Part shown: positions 34,308-45,128 of the stretch, one piece after another
How the letters are laid out: each line of letters opens with the position of its first letter
Numbering within the stretch: the stretch's first letter is position 1
Source of the DNA: Blepharisma stoltei ATCC 30299
Lineage: Eukaryota; Protista; Ciliophora
Direction of reading: 5' to 3'
Assembly (NCBI GenBank): GCA_965603825.1
Contig: CBFDEM010000004.1
Location: forward strand, 620,001 to 684,000
Length of the DNA: 64,000 nucleotides
Made by a program: the position numbers and the translations under genes
Notes under the pieces: generated by a model
Database searches by the model: none
Told to the model about the DNA's origin: nothing
What the model saw: the letters and a program-made list of their open reading frames with translations, nothing else

Positions 34308-35693
34308 TTACTCTGTCTTAAGTTTTTTCAGCGTCTTGTCTAGTGCCAGGTCGAATCTGTAGTAAAAAATCAATAACAGCATCGCGCACAGGACTATTCC
34401 GCTGATCATCAATGGTTCTCTCATCATCTGTACCGACGAAAACTTGTAGATCACTTGGAATGGCTTTCTGTGATAGTCTACAGCGTTCTTTTTAGTCAAA
34501 ACTAATACAGGTCTTCCAGTGGTGTCCAAATATGAATGTAAAGTCTCAAAGTGTTTATGGTCGATTTCGAATGGTAAAGCGACATCAATATCAGTGGCGC
34601 CTTCTGGGAGGATGACCTTGACTATAAGTTCTTCTGCAATAATCTCTTTGAATGGGAACCCGAATGTTGTGTTCAGCATATACTGATCTCCTTTATTTTT
34701 TACGAAATATTTCATAGGAAGGTTGTAGCCGATATTCCAGTTGCTTTTCCAGCCTCCAAGCATTGGAAATCTTGGCATGACTTCTAAATGGACATAGCTG
34801 GGGTGTTGCCTGGCTCTTGAAGTTGACACATTTCCTAGCTCGTCTCTATAAGATAATCCCCAAGATGTTTTAGGCAAAATTGCTTGTAGAGATTCTAAGG
34901 CATTTTGTGCAGCAGATTTATAACGGTGGGAAAGGTCGACTCTAGAAAATTCTCCTTTAAGCTCTGCACCTCTATTAATGATATTATAGAACTCAGATAT
35001 AGCAATATTCCCCCAATGGGATACTTCAATTTGTCTTTCTACTCTTGTGAAGTATGGCAAAGGATTGGAGTTCTCGAAGTGGAGCTGGAGTGGAAGATTG
35101 GCGAAGGCAGGGAGATCTGAATATTGGCCATAGGTTAATTCTTTTCCTTTAAGGTCATAAAGCATGTCTTCAGGCTGGGTATAACTTTCAATGTTTTGGG
35201 TTGGGAATGATACCCTGGTTCTTGAAGATTTGGTTTTGTAAGGACTTAATAGATGAATATTGTCTTCAAACCACAGGAGTTGAGGGTCAAAAATGCCGAT
35301 TTTTGATGGGTAAGGCTCGAGTTTTTGGGCCAAGATTTCTTCAACTATCAAATCCGTCTCAGCTTTAGAAGCAATGCCTCTAGGGATAGTGATTTTCAAG
35401 AGCTCGTATTGGGAAGTTGACTCTTCGGGAACGTGGTCAATTTTGAATAGGTTGTGAGGCTCATCTTTGAAATAAGCTCGGATATGGGCCAGCTTTTCAT
35501 AATTGTCTTTCGAGATAGCGTAATAATACTTGGATACTGATGAGGAAGCGTGGTTAAGTACTGTTATCGTGTTAATTGAGTGTGAGTATCTGCCTGTAAG
35601 ATCAATCACCCTGTCTACATAGGTGTTGGTAAATCCAGATGTATCGAGTGCCATCACAGCCACTCCTAAGAGGATAAAGAGTGCCATGTTCAT
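34308..35693 (-). CDS. RPN1: Oligosaccharyltransferase subunit ribophorin I
   Basis: IEVSHWGN, FSRVD, YRDELGNVSTS, PRFPMLGGWK, YLDTTGRP, C-terminal TM and dilysine-like tail. Confidence 0.95.
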   Translation of the reverse strand: MNMALFILLGVAVMALDTSGFTNTYVDRVIDLTGRYSHSINTITVLNHASSSVSKYYYAISKDNYEKLAHIRAYFKDEPHNLFKIDHVPEESTSQYELLKITIPRGIASKAETDLIVEEILAQKLEPYPSKIGIFDPQLLWFEDNIHLLSPYKTKSSRTRVSFPTQNIESYTQPEDMLYDLKGKELTYGQYSDLPAFANLPLQLHFENSNPLPYFTRVERQIEVSHWGNIAISEFYNIINRGAELKGEFSRVDLSHRYKSAAQNALESLQAILPKTSWGLSYRDELGNVSTSRARQHPSYVHLEVMPRFPMLGGWKSNWNIGYNLPMKYFVKNKGDQYMLNTTFGFPFKEIIAEELIVKVILPEGATDIDVALPFEIDHKHFETLHSYLDTTGRPVLVLTKKNAVDYHRKPFQVIYKFSSVQMMREPLMISGIVLCAMLLLIFYYRFDLALDKTLKKLKTE

Positions 35694-35825
35694 TTTATTA
35701 TCCAAATATTATAATCTCATTCTCCTTTATCTGTCTGACTATTTTTCGTTTTATTTTGCATAAACTATCGGATATATTATATTTAAGAGAGTTTTAAATA
35801 GTTTAAATGTCTATAATATTTATAA

Positions 35826-36923
35826 TTATTTATTTCTTTGTCCAAGGTACGCTTTGACTCCTAAGATTTCATTGTTAACAAGCTCTACTACTTTATAAAT
35901 TGACTCAATTTCCATTTCTCTTTCAGCATCTTCTCTTAAATAAATTTCTTTCCATTGTTCACATAGCTTTTCTTGGTCATCCAACATTTGTTTGTAATTT
36001 AGGATTTTTTCTCGGGAATTTGCAATATCGCTTTCAGCAGCCTCTACACTAGCTTCTAGTCTTTCTTTTTTAGATCTCAAGCTATCAATATCTTGCTGGC
36101 TAGAACTAATCGTGCTGCTTATAGTCGCTGCGTATTGTTCATATACTTTTTGGGCTTGTTCTTCCACTTTCATATCTTCCCCTTTAGAAGCAATTAAATC
36201 AATTTTCAAATTTTCAAGAATCCTTATAATTTCGTCAACAGTTTCTAAATTTGCTGACCTCGCGATCTGAGCCAATGATGCAATCACAGGCTTGTACATG
36301 ATTTTATCAGTTTTTTCAATTTCTTTTTCAATTCTTCCTTTAAGTGCTGTGAGTTCTTGTTGGATCAGCACCACATTTGCGTCTTCATATTTAAGCTGAG
36401 TGGTAAGTTTAATGCCTCCCATCACAGCTTCAATTCCTTCAACCGACTCTTTGTCTTTTGAAGTCCAATCATTATGGTCTGCTTCTCGTTGGTTTTCAGC
36501 TTTTTTAAGCTCTTCTTCAAACCCTGTGATTTCTTTGGTTTTTTGTGCGATTTGGCCTATTACATTTTCTAGTTCAGGCTCATCTCGATTTAAAATTTGT
36601 TGGCTTGATTCAATGTTAGATTGAGTATTTTGAATTTGAAGAGAATAAGCAGCAACGCTTTCGTCGCAGATTTTTTGCTGGGTTGCGTTTAAGGCTGAGC
36701 TAGTCATTTGCTGCTTTTTTAAGTCTCCTGCTACTTTTTCTAGGACTGAAATGATTTTTCCTTCATCATGGCCGGATGCAAGTTGGAGAGTGATGGTTGA
36801 GAGGATGGCGTTGCCCATTGGATCTAAGTCAACCTCAGCGAGTAAGTCTGATGCAGTTAGCTCTGTTTCTAGAGAAAAGACAGTTAAGAGTGTGAAGAGA
36901 CTGAAAAGAATCTTTGTGCTCAT
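35826..36923 (-). CDS. Extrusome lattice protein (trichocyst matrix / granule lattice-like)
   Basis: Signal peptide, acidic coiled coils, N- and C-terminal Cys (QKIC, KLCEQW), GNAILSTITLQL; ciliate TMP/GRL architecture. Confidence 0.7.
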   Translation of the reverse strand: MSTKILFSLFTLLTVFSLETELTASDLLAEVDLDPMGNAILSTITLQLASGHDEGKIISVLEKVAGDLKKQQMTSSALNATQQKICDESVAAYSLQIQNTQSNIESSQQILNRDEPELENVIGQIAQKTKEITGFEEELKKAENQREADHNDWTSKDKESVEGIEAVMGGIKLTTQLKYEDANVVLIQQELTALKGRIEKEIEKTDKIMYKPVIASLAQIARSANLETVDEIIRILENLKIDLIASKGEDMKVEEQAQKVYEQYAATISSTISSSQQDIDSLRSKKERLEASVEAAESDIANSREKILNYKQMLDDQEKLCEQWKEIYLREDAEREMEIESIYKVVELVNNEILGVKAYLGQRNK

Positions 36924-37404
36924 ATTTGAATTTATAACTTCAAAAAATTAACGTTAAATTTCTGCATGCATTTTTAAGTTTGAGAGGATATCCTGAAGTA
37001 ATAATAATTTGTAGATAATCCAAGTAGAGAAAGGTTTAAATTTGAGACTTTAATGTTTAAAAATTATCGAATTTTTTAGTCACTCAAATGAGATCAATAA
37101 AAGAAAGAAATATTTTTCTAATAGCAAGAAGATTGTTTAAGTTTCGTATTTACCCTTTAGGAAGTCGTGCTATTAAGATAAAAATTGAAAAAAATTAAAT
37201 ATATGAATCAGCAATGACTATTCAGCAGTAATAAGCCTGACGTGTTCATTTCATCATTAAATAAATATATAGTTAGGTATTGCAATAATCAAAGTTCATT
37301 TTCACACGCAGGTATCATCACATAATAATTTTATAATAAAATGTATTTTTGTTCTTGATTAAATATTAAATTCCAAAATATTAAATAACTTAATAAAACA
37401 TATT

Positions 37405-38418
37405 TTATGCAAAATATCCCATAATCCCAAGAACTTGTGTATTTATAAAAACTCCTCTAATGGCTACAATTTCCAAACCTTCAGAATGAATACTAAACTG
37501 CTCTCCTTTCTGTTTCCCATAATAAAATCTTTTATCATTCTGTGTTACAAAACACAACGAAGAAATCCCTTTGCTATCTTTAGTCCCTATGACTTCTACT
37601 AAAAAGTCCTGCTCTTCTATTTGAAAAGCATCCCTCACTCCTTTCTTTATATTAACTGCATTGCCCATATTATAATTTGACATAACTATTCTCTGATTCA
37701 TGCTATATACAACTTCCATCCCATAAATTTTGGCTCCAGATATCAAATTGATCCCAATTATTTTCGAAGTTTTATTCTTGACGTGATCATGCAAATTTAA
37801 TGCAAAAAAGTCATCAACAATAATCGCAGTGGATTTTTCAACTCCAAAATACTGCGATTTAATAATTATTGTAGGAGATCTGTTAGAAGTAGGTGATAAT
37901 TGCGATATCGATTGCTCGACAGGTGCTGCTTCTATTGGGATAGGCTGAACTGATAAATATTGCAACGTTTGACCAATTCCTACAATTAGCGAAAGAATAG
38001 CATGGTTTCTTGGAAGCTTGTATCGAAATTGGCCAACTGCTCATGGGTTTCCAAATTCTGCATATTTTCCTTTATTTGTCCTAAAATGGATAAAATCAAT
38101 GCTTGTTTTGGCTCTTCCACTTAACTCTATCACAAATTCATCAAGGTCAAGCAGCAGCTCTGCTGAAGTCACTTTGGTATCATCAAGCGCATAGCCAATA
38201 TGTGGGCCTGGACTTAATAGTTCTCCAGTTGAATGATTAATAAAAGTCAACTCTGTCCCCACAACTACAACACCTGGAATATGCCAGCATTTCACTTTAT
38301 GCAATTTATATCGAGTAAAAAAGTGTTCTTTTGTTGCGAGGATTTCAAGGTCATTATGAAGTTCTATATCTTCAGTGTATTTTCCTACAGATGCTTTTAT
38401 ATCAATTTCTTCTTCCAT
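37405..38418 (-). CDS. Tandem jacalin-like lectin domain protein (337 aa)
   Basis: Joined via TGA38041. Two repeats: EFVIELSGR...IHFRTNKGKYAEFG and DFLVEVIG...LCFVTQNDKRFYYG. Confidence 0.75.
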
Positions 38419-38466
38419 TATATATATAACTCAAGGCTCAATTTAGTTAATTATGACCTAATTAAA

Positions 38467-40032
38467 TTAGCTTGATCCTCTATCAAGGTATAATTTATAG
38501 ACAACTGAAAGCTGTTGCCCTTGATTTTCTACTTGCTCTGATAGCATCAAATTAACACAGTCAGAGAAATTAACTTGCCCAGTTTCTTGAGGGTCACAGA
38601 CAGCAAGCATCCTTTCTGACTCATCAAATAATCCAATCATTGCAAGAAATTCACAAAACTCTTTATGAGAAAGGATCCCATTTTTGTCTTCGTCAAACAT
38701 TCTGAATTTTTCTCTGAAAGCTTCTAATAGTTGATCATGCCCAGTCACTTGGAACTCTAATAGCAGCCTTACGAATTCTTGGTAAGACATTGCTGGCTTG
38801 GCTCCTTTGACTTTTAGGCCGCTTCTTTCGACGTGCTCTTTAAGCATGTTTAAAAGATATTCTGAGTCTTGGGCATTATACATGTATGTAACAATTGCTT
38901 GCCATTCATCTTCATCGAGATCTCCGCTTTGTTTTTCAGCTACGACATCTTTGAGCTCTTTTTCTCTCATATACGGGAATTTGTTTTTGAATTGTAATTT
39001 TAATAGCTGCTGGGTGGTTTGTTTAACGTCTATAAATACTTTTTGGTAGCTCTCTTCCAGTTCATGCCTTAATATTTTTGCAAATAGCAGGATCTCAGGA
39101 TCTGCGTCTTGATATTTATCCAGGGCTTTTTGTATTGCAAAATATCAGTCATTGATTAAAGGCTTTAAACCATATTTTTTGTTTAAATAATTTCATAAGA
39201 ACTGCTCCATTGTTTCTTTAGGCTGCCGAGTCTCGATGCATTTTTGATCATATTTTTCCTTTGCTACATAAAATTCGTCAATAACTTCTTTAAGCTGCCT
39301 TTGGCTGAGTTCTCGAACTTGTGATACTGATGGCGTAGGCCTCGGAGTTGTTTTTGGTTTTTCTTTTACTACTTCTTTTGCAGGAGAAGTGCTGCTTGGT
39401 CTTTGGGTGATTGAGTTTTCGGCCTTTTCTTTTGAAAGCTTAATTATTTTTTGTAGATATCTTTCGTTTTCTTCTTGGAGCTGTGCTATTTGCATGTTCA
39501 GTTCTTCAAACTCATCGCCATTATCAACTTTGGTTGCTTGAACATTCCTTAAATTTTCATTCTCCTCCTTTGCTTCTTTCAAACTTTGTTCCAAATTTTC
39601 GGCTGCGATCAAGATATCTTCGGTCTGTTTTTTATTACTTTCAAGCTCTGCAAGCACTTTTTTTGTTTTTTCTCTTTCAGCTGTTGCATAAGTCACTGAT
39701 TGTCTAATCAGGTTTGCTTGTTGAGAAAATATTTCCACTAAAATTTTGCTTGCTCCAATATCAAGTGTTTTTATAAACGCACAGATTTTATCTCCGCACA
39801 TTTGTCATAGCTTGTACTTGGCAAGCAAAATATCATATATAAAATCTTCAGAACTTACTGCTTGAGACGCTTTTGGATTCAGGTCAGAAATTATTTGGGA
39901 AACTGTCTTTTCAAAAGCTTGAGCCAGAACTGCGTCAGCTTCTGGGTATTTTTTTTTGAAAATGGTGCGGATTTGATCGTAGAGGTTAGCGATGTCTTCT
40001 ATGTCTTCTGCTTTTAATCCTAAATCAGACAT
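38467..40032 (-). CDS. Coiled-coil protein with C-terminal EF-hands (521 aa)
   Basis: Three ORFs in one frame joined by TGA. ETMEQFL[W]NYLNKKYGLK; EF-hands DEDKNGILSHKEF and DPQETGQVNFSD. Confidence 0.85.
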
Positions 40033-40060
40033 TTTGTAAATTTGCTCGTAAGAAATATAA

Positions 40061-40825
40061 ATGAAAGGGAAAGCATTGATAGCGATAAGGCTGCAGAAGC
40101 CAAGGCAGAGTTTTAACTTTAAACAGAATCCATTTGGCATTATAAGAGGGAGAAGTGAAGAATTAAGAAGTGCTTCGCCGAGGGAAAGAAGGTTGGAAAA
40201 TAAAATTTATTTGAAAAGTGTTACTCCGAATATCCCATTGATTCACCGCCCTGAAAGCCAGCTTGAAACTAGCCAGAGCTTGCTAAATGAGTCGTATCCT
40301 GAACTAAAGGAGTATTCTCAGAAAAGAGCACGACATACTCCAAATAAATTATCTGAGCCCGTTAAATTTGAAAATTTTGTGGAAGAAAACCAGACAAAAT
40401 TTGTTGAGTATTGCTGCAAAATGGAAACTGGGAAATTAAGTGAGCTAGATGTAGAGCTGTTTCCTGAAGAACTAAGAGAGAAAAATGTGTATATCACTGA
40501 ATGTAGGCCAACAAGGCTGATTTCAAGCTCATTTGCCGGCCAAATGGCATATAAATTAGAGAAAAAGAAAAAACACAAAAAGCGGAGAGTAAATACAAGC
40601 TTGCTTTCAAGCATGCTAGAGAGCTTTTATGAGAAAAAAGCGACAATTAATTATGAAAATATAAAAGAGAACAAATATATGCCTTTCATAAACTCTCATG
40701 AGCCTAGCATTAACCTTGATAAAGATAAATTTCATAAGAGAAAAAGTGTTTCTCTTGCAATAAATTCGAGCCAAAGACGTGATAAAATTAGAATCCTAAC
40801 CAGAAGTCTCTTGCCTGACATGTAA
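40061..40825 (+). CDS. Uncharacterised basic protein
   Basis: 254-aa ORF, ATAAATG start, TAA stop. Confidence 0.7.
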   Translation: MKGKALIAIRLQKPRQSFNFKQNPFGIIRGRSEELRSASPRERRLENKIYLKSVTPNIPLIHRPESQLETSQSLLNESYPELKEYSQKRARHTPNKLSEPVKFENFVEENQTKFVEYCCKMETGKLSELDVELFPEELREKNVYITECRPTRLISSSFAGQMAYKLEKKKKHKKRRVNTSLLSSMLESFYEKKATINYENIKENKYMPFINSHEPSINLDKDKFHKRKSVSLAINSSQRRDKIRILTRSLLPDM

Positions 40826-40883
40826 ACTTAATTTATTTAATACCTTCGTTAATATTTATCAAAATTGTTTTAATACCTAATAA

Positions 40884-41567
40884 ATGGCATTGAGAACCGC
40901 ATTGCGACGAATTAACTCTAGCGCCCCTCTGCGCTACAAAGCCTGGACCAAAATGCTAAACGACAAAGTAAAAACGTCAGATGATGCTTCTGCAGTCTCA
41001 GCTTTATCAGCAGTCTGTGACTATTATGGCTCAAGTGTCCCAAAAGATGAACTTCAAAGCAAAAATAATTTCGAAATTAACTGGGACGAATGGAGCCACT
41101 TGGTTACTCCTAATATAGTCTCAAAGCTTAGAGAAAAGGTTGAAGCTATAAATAAAGAAGAATATGACTCCTCCGTCCTCGCAAACCAAGCTGTAGAAGA
41201 GACTGAAGAGCTTAAATCCTTAAAAAGCTATGTTTATTGGAATGGAGCACTGCATTTGAGCTTTGTAGCTGAGCAAGACAATCTTATTGAGAACATTAGT
41301 CATGCAAGACCTTTGAATGACATTGATTTGTGGCAATACAGGACCATGTATAAGTATGTGGACTGCCCTACAAGATGGGATCATGATTTAGGCTGGTATT
41401 TGTCAAATAATGACCAAGTTATGGAAGACGCTGATATGACCAATGTGTTCCAGTTCCAGAAGGACCTTGGAAAGGTAGCCTTGATGAGATATTACTATGA
41501 CTGGGTCGGAAGACATCAAATCCTTTGCACAGTTGGCAAGCTTTCTCAAACTGAACGTGAAGAATAA
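40884..41567 (+). CDS. Mitochondrial ATP synthase subunit d (ciliate type)
   Basis: Arg-rich presequence; INWDEW...TPNIVSKLREK; C-terminal QF..GK...YY pattern resembling alveolate subunit d. Confidence 0.75.
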   Translation: MALRTALRRINSSAPLRYKAWTKMLNDKVKTSDDASAVSALSAVCDYYGSSVPKDELQSKNNFEINWDEWSHLVTPNIVSKLREKVEAINKEEYDSSVLANQAVEETEELKSLKSYVYWNGALHLSFVAEQDNLIENISHARPLNDIDLWQYRTMYKYVDCPTRWDHDLGWYLSNNDQVMEDADMTNVFQFQKDLGKVALMRYYYDWVGRHQILCTVGKLSQTEREE

Positions 41568-41631
41568 ATAGATAAGATTCACGGTTAATTTAGTTCTGAG
41601 TTATCTATTAATTACCATATACTTAATAAAA

Positions 41632-41994
41632 ATGAGGCTAATCACATTGAATTTACTTATGTGCAATTCAGTGGAGTGCTCTGGAAGAAACCAGCCATTA
41701 TTTCTTAACCCAGGAGAAATCACACAAGGAACAACACAATTTAATCACAATTTAGCTGTAAGAATGCTTGGGAAATTAGATTGGCCGTCCTTTACAAATA
41801 ATGCTTTAAGTCTTGGACATGAGCTCCCAGATGCAATTACAGAAGCGGACCATCAAAATCAAGAGCTAATGCAAAGGATTTTTGATATAATGTTCAATAT
41901 TGAAATACAAGCAGGCACCCTATTATGTCAAAACTGCAATAGGGATTATCCAATTGAAAAAGGAATCCCCAATATGCTGCCTCGAGATCAATAA
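41632..41994 (+). CDS. TRM112: TRM112 methyltransferase activator
   Basis: MRLITLNLLMC...KLDW...GTLLCQNCNRDYPIEKGIPNML. Confidence 0.95.
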   Translation: MRLITLNLLMCNSVECSGRNQPLFLNPGEITQGTTQFNHNLAVRMLGKLDWPSFTNNALSLGHELPDAITEADHQNQELMQRIFDIMFNIEIQAGTLLCQNCNRDYPIEKGIPNMLPRDQ

Positions 41995-42092
41995 ATATTA
42001 TATTAATAGTATATTCAAAATAATAGTCGCAATTATAGCAATTTGGCAATAAGCAACTTGGAAAAAGTTGAAATTTGTATATTATTTCATAA

Positions 42093-43238
42093 ATGGTGGA
42101 ACCCTTCTACGACGTGATATTCAAGCAAGCTTTAGTAATAGACAACGGTTCTGGCTTAATAAAGGCAGGTCTAGCAGGCGAAGAACGTCCATCATTGGTA
42201 TTCCCTTCATATGTAGGCCGTCCAAAGTACAAAAAAGTGTTACCAGGCTCAATGCACGAGCCTGAATATTTCGTAGGCTCAGAAGCAGAACAAAATCGAG
42301 GCCTTTTAAAGCTGAGATACCCATTGGAGCACGGAATTGTTGAGAATTGGACTGATATGGAGAATATTTGGCGTTATATCTACAACCAATTAGGCACAAT
42401 GCCTCAAGATCACCCAGTTTTGCTGACAGAAGCTCCTTTGAACCCTTATCAAAATCGTGAAAGAGCTGCAGAAATTTTTTTTGAAACCTTTAGCGTCCCT
42501 GGAATTTTTATTGCTGCGCAAGCTGTTCTAAGTTTATATGCAAGTGCAGCAACCACTGGAGTAGTTTTAGACTGTGGGGATGGCGTAACCCATGTAGTTC
42601 CTGTCTACGATGGCTTTTCTCTCTCCCACGCTACAACTCGCATTGATTTGGCAGGCCGCGATGTCACAGAGCATTTACAACTGCTCCTCCGAAGGTCTGG
42701 CTACATTTTCAACACTTCTTCAGAGTTTGAGCTCGTAAAGCAAATTAAAGAAAAGAATTGCTATGTCGCCACAATTTATAGCAGCGAGGACAAATTTATG
42801 GACGACTCCAACAAAAATCCTAGCACTTATTTATTGCCAGACGGCAGGCCGATTAACTTAGGAGCTGAAAAATACAGAGCCGCAGAAATCCTATTTTCCC
42901 CTGACAAGGTAGGCCTAGAATATGCAGGCGTCCAAGAGTGCTTGATAAATTCTATCCAGAAAGCTGACATAGACCTCAGAAAAACACTATATTCCTCTAT
43001 ATACCTAGCAGGCGGTACCACAATGATGCCAGGATTTGGTGAAAGACTGATGAGTGACCTGAGAAGGCTAAGTCCCAAAGAAGTAAAAATAAAGATCACA
43101 ATTCCTCCAGAAAGGAAACTAACGTGCTGGCTTGGCGGTTCCATCCTCTCCTCATTAGCAGCCTTCAAGAACATGTGGATTAAAAAGCAGCAGTACGAAG
43201 AAGAAGGCAAGAGAATTCTTCACTCTCGTTCATTTTAA
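42093..43238 (+). CDS. ARP1: Actin-related protein 1 (centractin, dynactin)
   Basis: IDNGSG, RGLLKLRYPLEHGIV, IDLAGRDVT, WLGGSILSSLAAFKNMWI; centractin-like rather than conventional actin. Confidence 0.85.
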   Translation: MVEPFYDVIFKQALVIDNGSGLIKAGLAGEERPSLVFPSYVGRPKYKKVLPGSMHEPEYFVGSEAEQNRGLLKLRYPLEHGIVENWTDMENIWRYIYNQLGTMPQDHPVLLTEAPLNPYQNRERAAEIFFETFSVPGIFIAAQAVLSLYASAATTGVVLDCGDGVTHVVPVYDGFSLSHATTRIDLAGRDVTEHLQLLLRRSGYIFNTSSEFELVKQIKEKNCYVATIYSSEDKFMDDSNKNPSTYLLPDGRPINLGAEKYRAAEILFSPDKVGLEYAGVQECLINSIQKADIDLRKTLYSSIYLAGGTTMMPGFGERLMSDLRRLSPKEVKIKITIPPERKLTCWLGGSILSSLAAFKNMWIKKQQYEEEGKRILHSRSF

Positions 43239-43272
43239 TAATAAGCCTTGGTAATTATTAGTAGGAAATAAT

Positions 43273-45018
43273 ATGGAAAATCACTTTGCTACTTGTAGAT
43301 GTCCTTGCGGACAAGACCTCCAACAGCTGGGCGCAGTTGACCACTTATTGGTTTGTCCTGAATGGAAAAATTCTTCTTTATTGTATGGATATGCTATAGA
43401 ACAGTCAAGAAGTCCAGCAGGCCGCAGCATGTTGATATATGAATGTGAAGCTTTATTAAGGTTAGCCTCGCCGAAGCCAGAAATAGAAGAGGAGTTCAAA
43501 GTGCCTGCCAAAAAACTCCCTCAAATGCAAAAGCAGCCTAGCTATGACAAATATGTGCGCGAAGAAGAAGTAGTTTCGTGTGAACTCTGTCATAGGAAAC
43601 AGCCAGATATGACCAATATGTTTTTCCCTGAGTGCTGCCATATGATGTGCAAATCCCATGCAATTGACGCTATAAGGAGCCAATATCCGATACAAAATTA
43701 TGCAAAATGTCCGATGGATTGTGGGTATACGTTCAGTGTTGAAGAGATCATTGATTTAATAGGAGCTGACGAGTTCGAAAAATTAAAGGAAAAAAGCTTC
43801 CAAGAGTTTATTAGTCAGACTGGAGGAATTGTAGTCAATTGCGATTGTGGGGTCATGTCAATTTTAGAGCCTGGGGTTCCTGATTATGCTTATAAAGACG
43901 AGCAAGGGCAGCCAATCTCTAGAAGAGCTGCTGAGAACATGGCACAGTTTAGATTCAGGTGTGGGAATTGCCATAAAATATTTTGTGCAAGTTGCAAAGC
44001 AGATCCTTATCATTTGGGAAAGACATGCCAAGAGCACCAGGATTTTAAGGTTGCCAAGCATTGCAGGTATTGTGGAAAAGTTATACAGTCAGTTAGGCCT
44101 GTGTGCTCTGAAGCTGCATGCTTAGAGCTATATGAGAACTCTTGCAAAAAAATACTGCCTTGTGGCCACCAATGTTTTGGGACAAATGGAGAAACTGAAT
44201 GCTTTCCATGTTTAGAAGAAGAATGTGCACAGGGAGGCCCGACTATTTATGATTATTGTGCAATATGCTATATTGATGGATTAGGAGCTGCACCTTGTGT
44301 CAAATTAATTTGCGGCCACCTGCTTCATTATCATTGCTTAAACACATACCTTGAAAAAAGATGGGTTGGGCCAAGAATCACATTTAACTTCGCAAAATGT
44401 CCAAATTGTAAAGAGTGGGCACAAGTCCCAGACAATCCAGCACTAACCCAAAAAATGGATAAGATCTTAGAGCTTTACGATGATATTCGGCAAAAAGGTC
44501 TCAAGCGGTTGAAATTTGAAGGCATGGAAAATGATCCCAGACTAAATGACCCTAATGATCACTATTACCAAAAGCCTGATATTTACGCATTAGACCGATT
44601 TGCATATTATGAATGTTTTAAATGTAAGCAGCCTTATTTCGGAGGGAAAAAGGAATGTGAAGAAAATAGAGACAGGGCAGGCTACAACCCTCAAGAACTA
44701 GTTTGCCCAGGATGCTCAGCAATATGCATGGATGGAGCAGACTGCAAAACTCATGGGAAAGAATTCATTGAATTCAAATGCAAATTCTGCTGTGGGATTT
44801 CTGCTTGGTTTTGCTGGGGGACCACTCATTTCTGTGACCCGTGCCATACTAAACAAAATAATGGAGACTATGTGTCACAAAAGAAAAAAGAAGACCTACC
44901 TCAGTGTCCAGGACCTGACTTATGTCCGTTGAAGGTAAGACACCCACCTAACGGAGAAGAATTTTCTTTAGGCTGTGCTATTTGTAGAAACCTTGCTTCC
45001 AATTCAAGAGAGTTTTAA
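43273..45018 (+). CDS. Zn-rich E3 ligase: RING1-IBR-like module + MYCBP2/PHR-type RING and tandem-cysteine (RCR) domain
   Basis: CAICY...PCVKLICGHLLHYHC...RWVGPRITFNFAKCPNC; AYYECFKCKQPYFGG..EC; KCKFCC...WFCWGTTHFCDPCH; HPPNGEEFSLGCAICRN. Confidence 0.9.
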   Translation: MENHFATCRCPCGQDLQQLGAVDHLLVCPEWKNSSLLYGYAIEQSRSPAGRSMLIYECEALLRLASPKPEIEEEFKVPAKKLPQMQKQPSYDKYVREEEVVSCELCHRKQPDMTNMFFPECCHMMCKSHAIDAIRSQYPIQNYAKCPMDCGYTFSVEEIIDLIGADEFEKLKEKSFQEFISQTGGIVVNCDCGVMSILEPGVPDYAYKDEQGQPISRRAAENMAQFRFRCGNCHKIFCASCKADPYHLGKTCQEHQDFKVAKHCRYCGKVIQSVRPVCSEAACLELYENSCKKILPCGHQCFGTNGETECFPCLEEECAQGGPTIYDYCAICYIDGLGAAPCVKLICGHLLHYHCLNTYLEKRWVGPRITFNFAKCPNCKEWAQVPDNPALTQKMDKILELYDDIRQKGLKRLKFEGMENDPRLNDPNDHYYQKPDIYALDRFAYYECFKCKQPYFGGKKECEENRDRAGYNPQELVCPGCSAICMDGADCKTHGKEFIEFKCKFCCGISAWFCWGTTHFCDPCHTKQNNGDYVSQKKKEDLPQCPGPDLCPLKVRHPPNGEEFSLGCAICRNLASNSREF

Positions 45019-45128
45019 GTAGATAAGGCATTAGTCGATAATTATAACAGAATTATATTAATTGTGTTTTGAGATGTATTTAATGTGAGATAATTTTATA
45101 ACCTAATAATTGTATGTAATGATTCTCT

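Noticed and set aside
37236-37312. SECIS element downstream of the jacalin gene
   Set aside because: ATGA/TGA motifs are present but helix II does not pair, and the gene's TGA is not in a redox motif.
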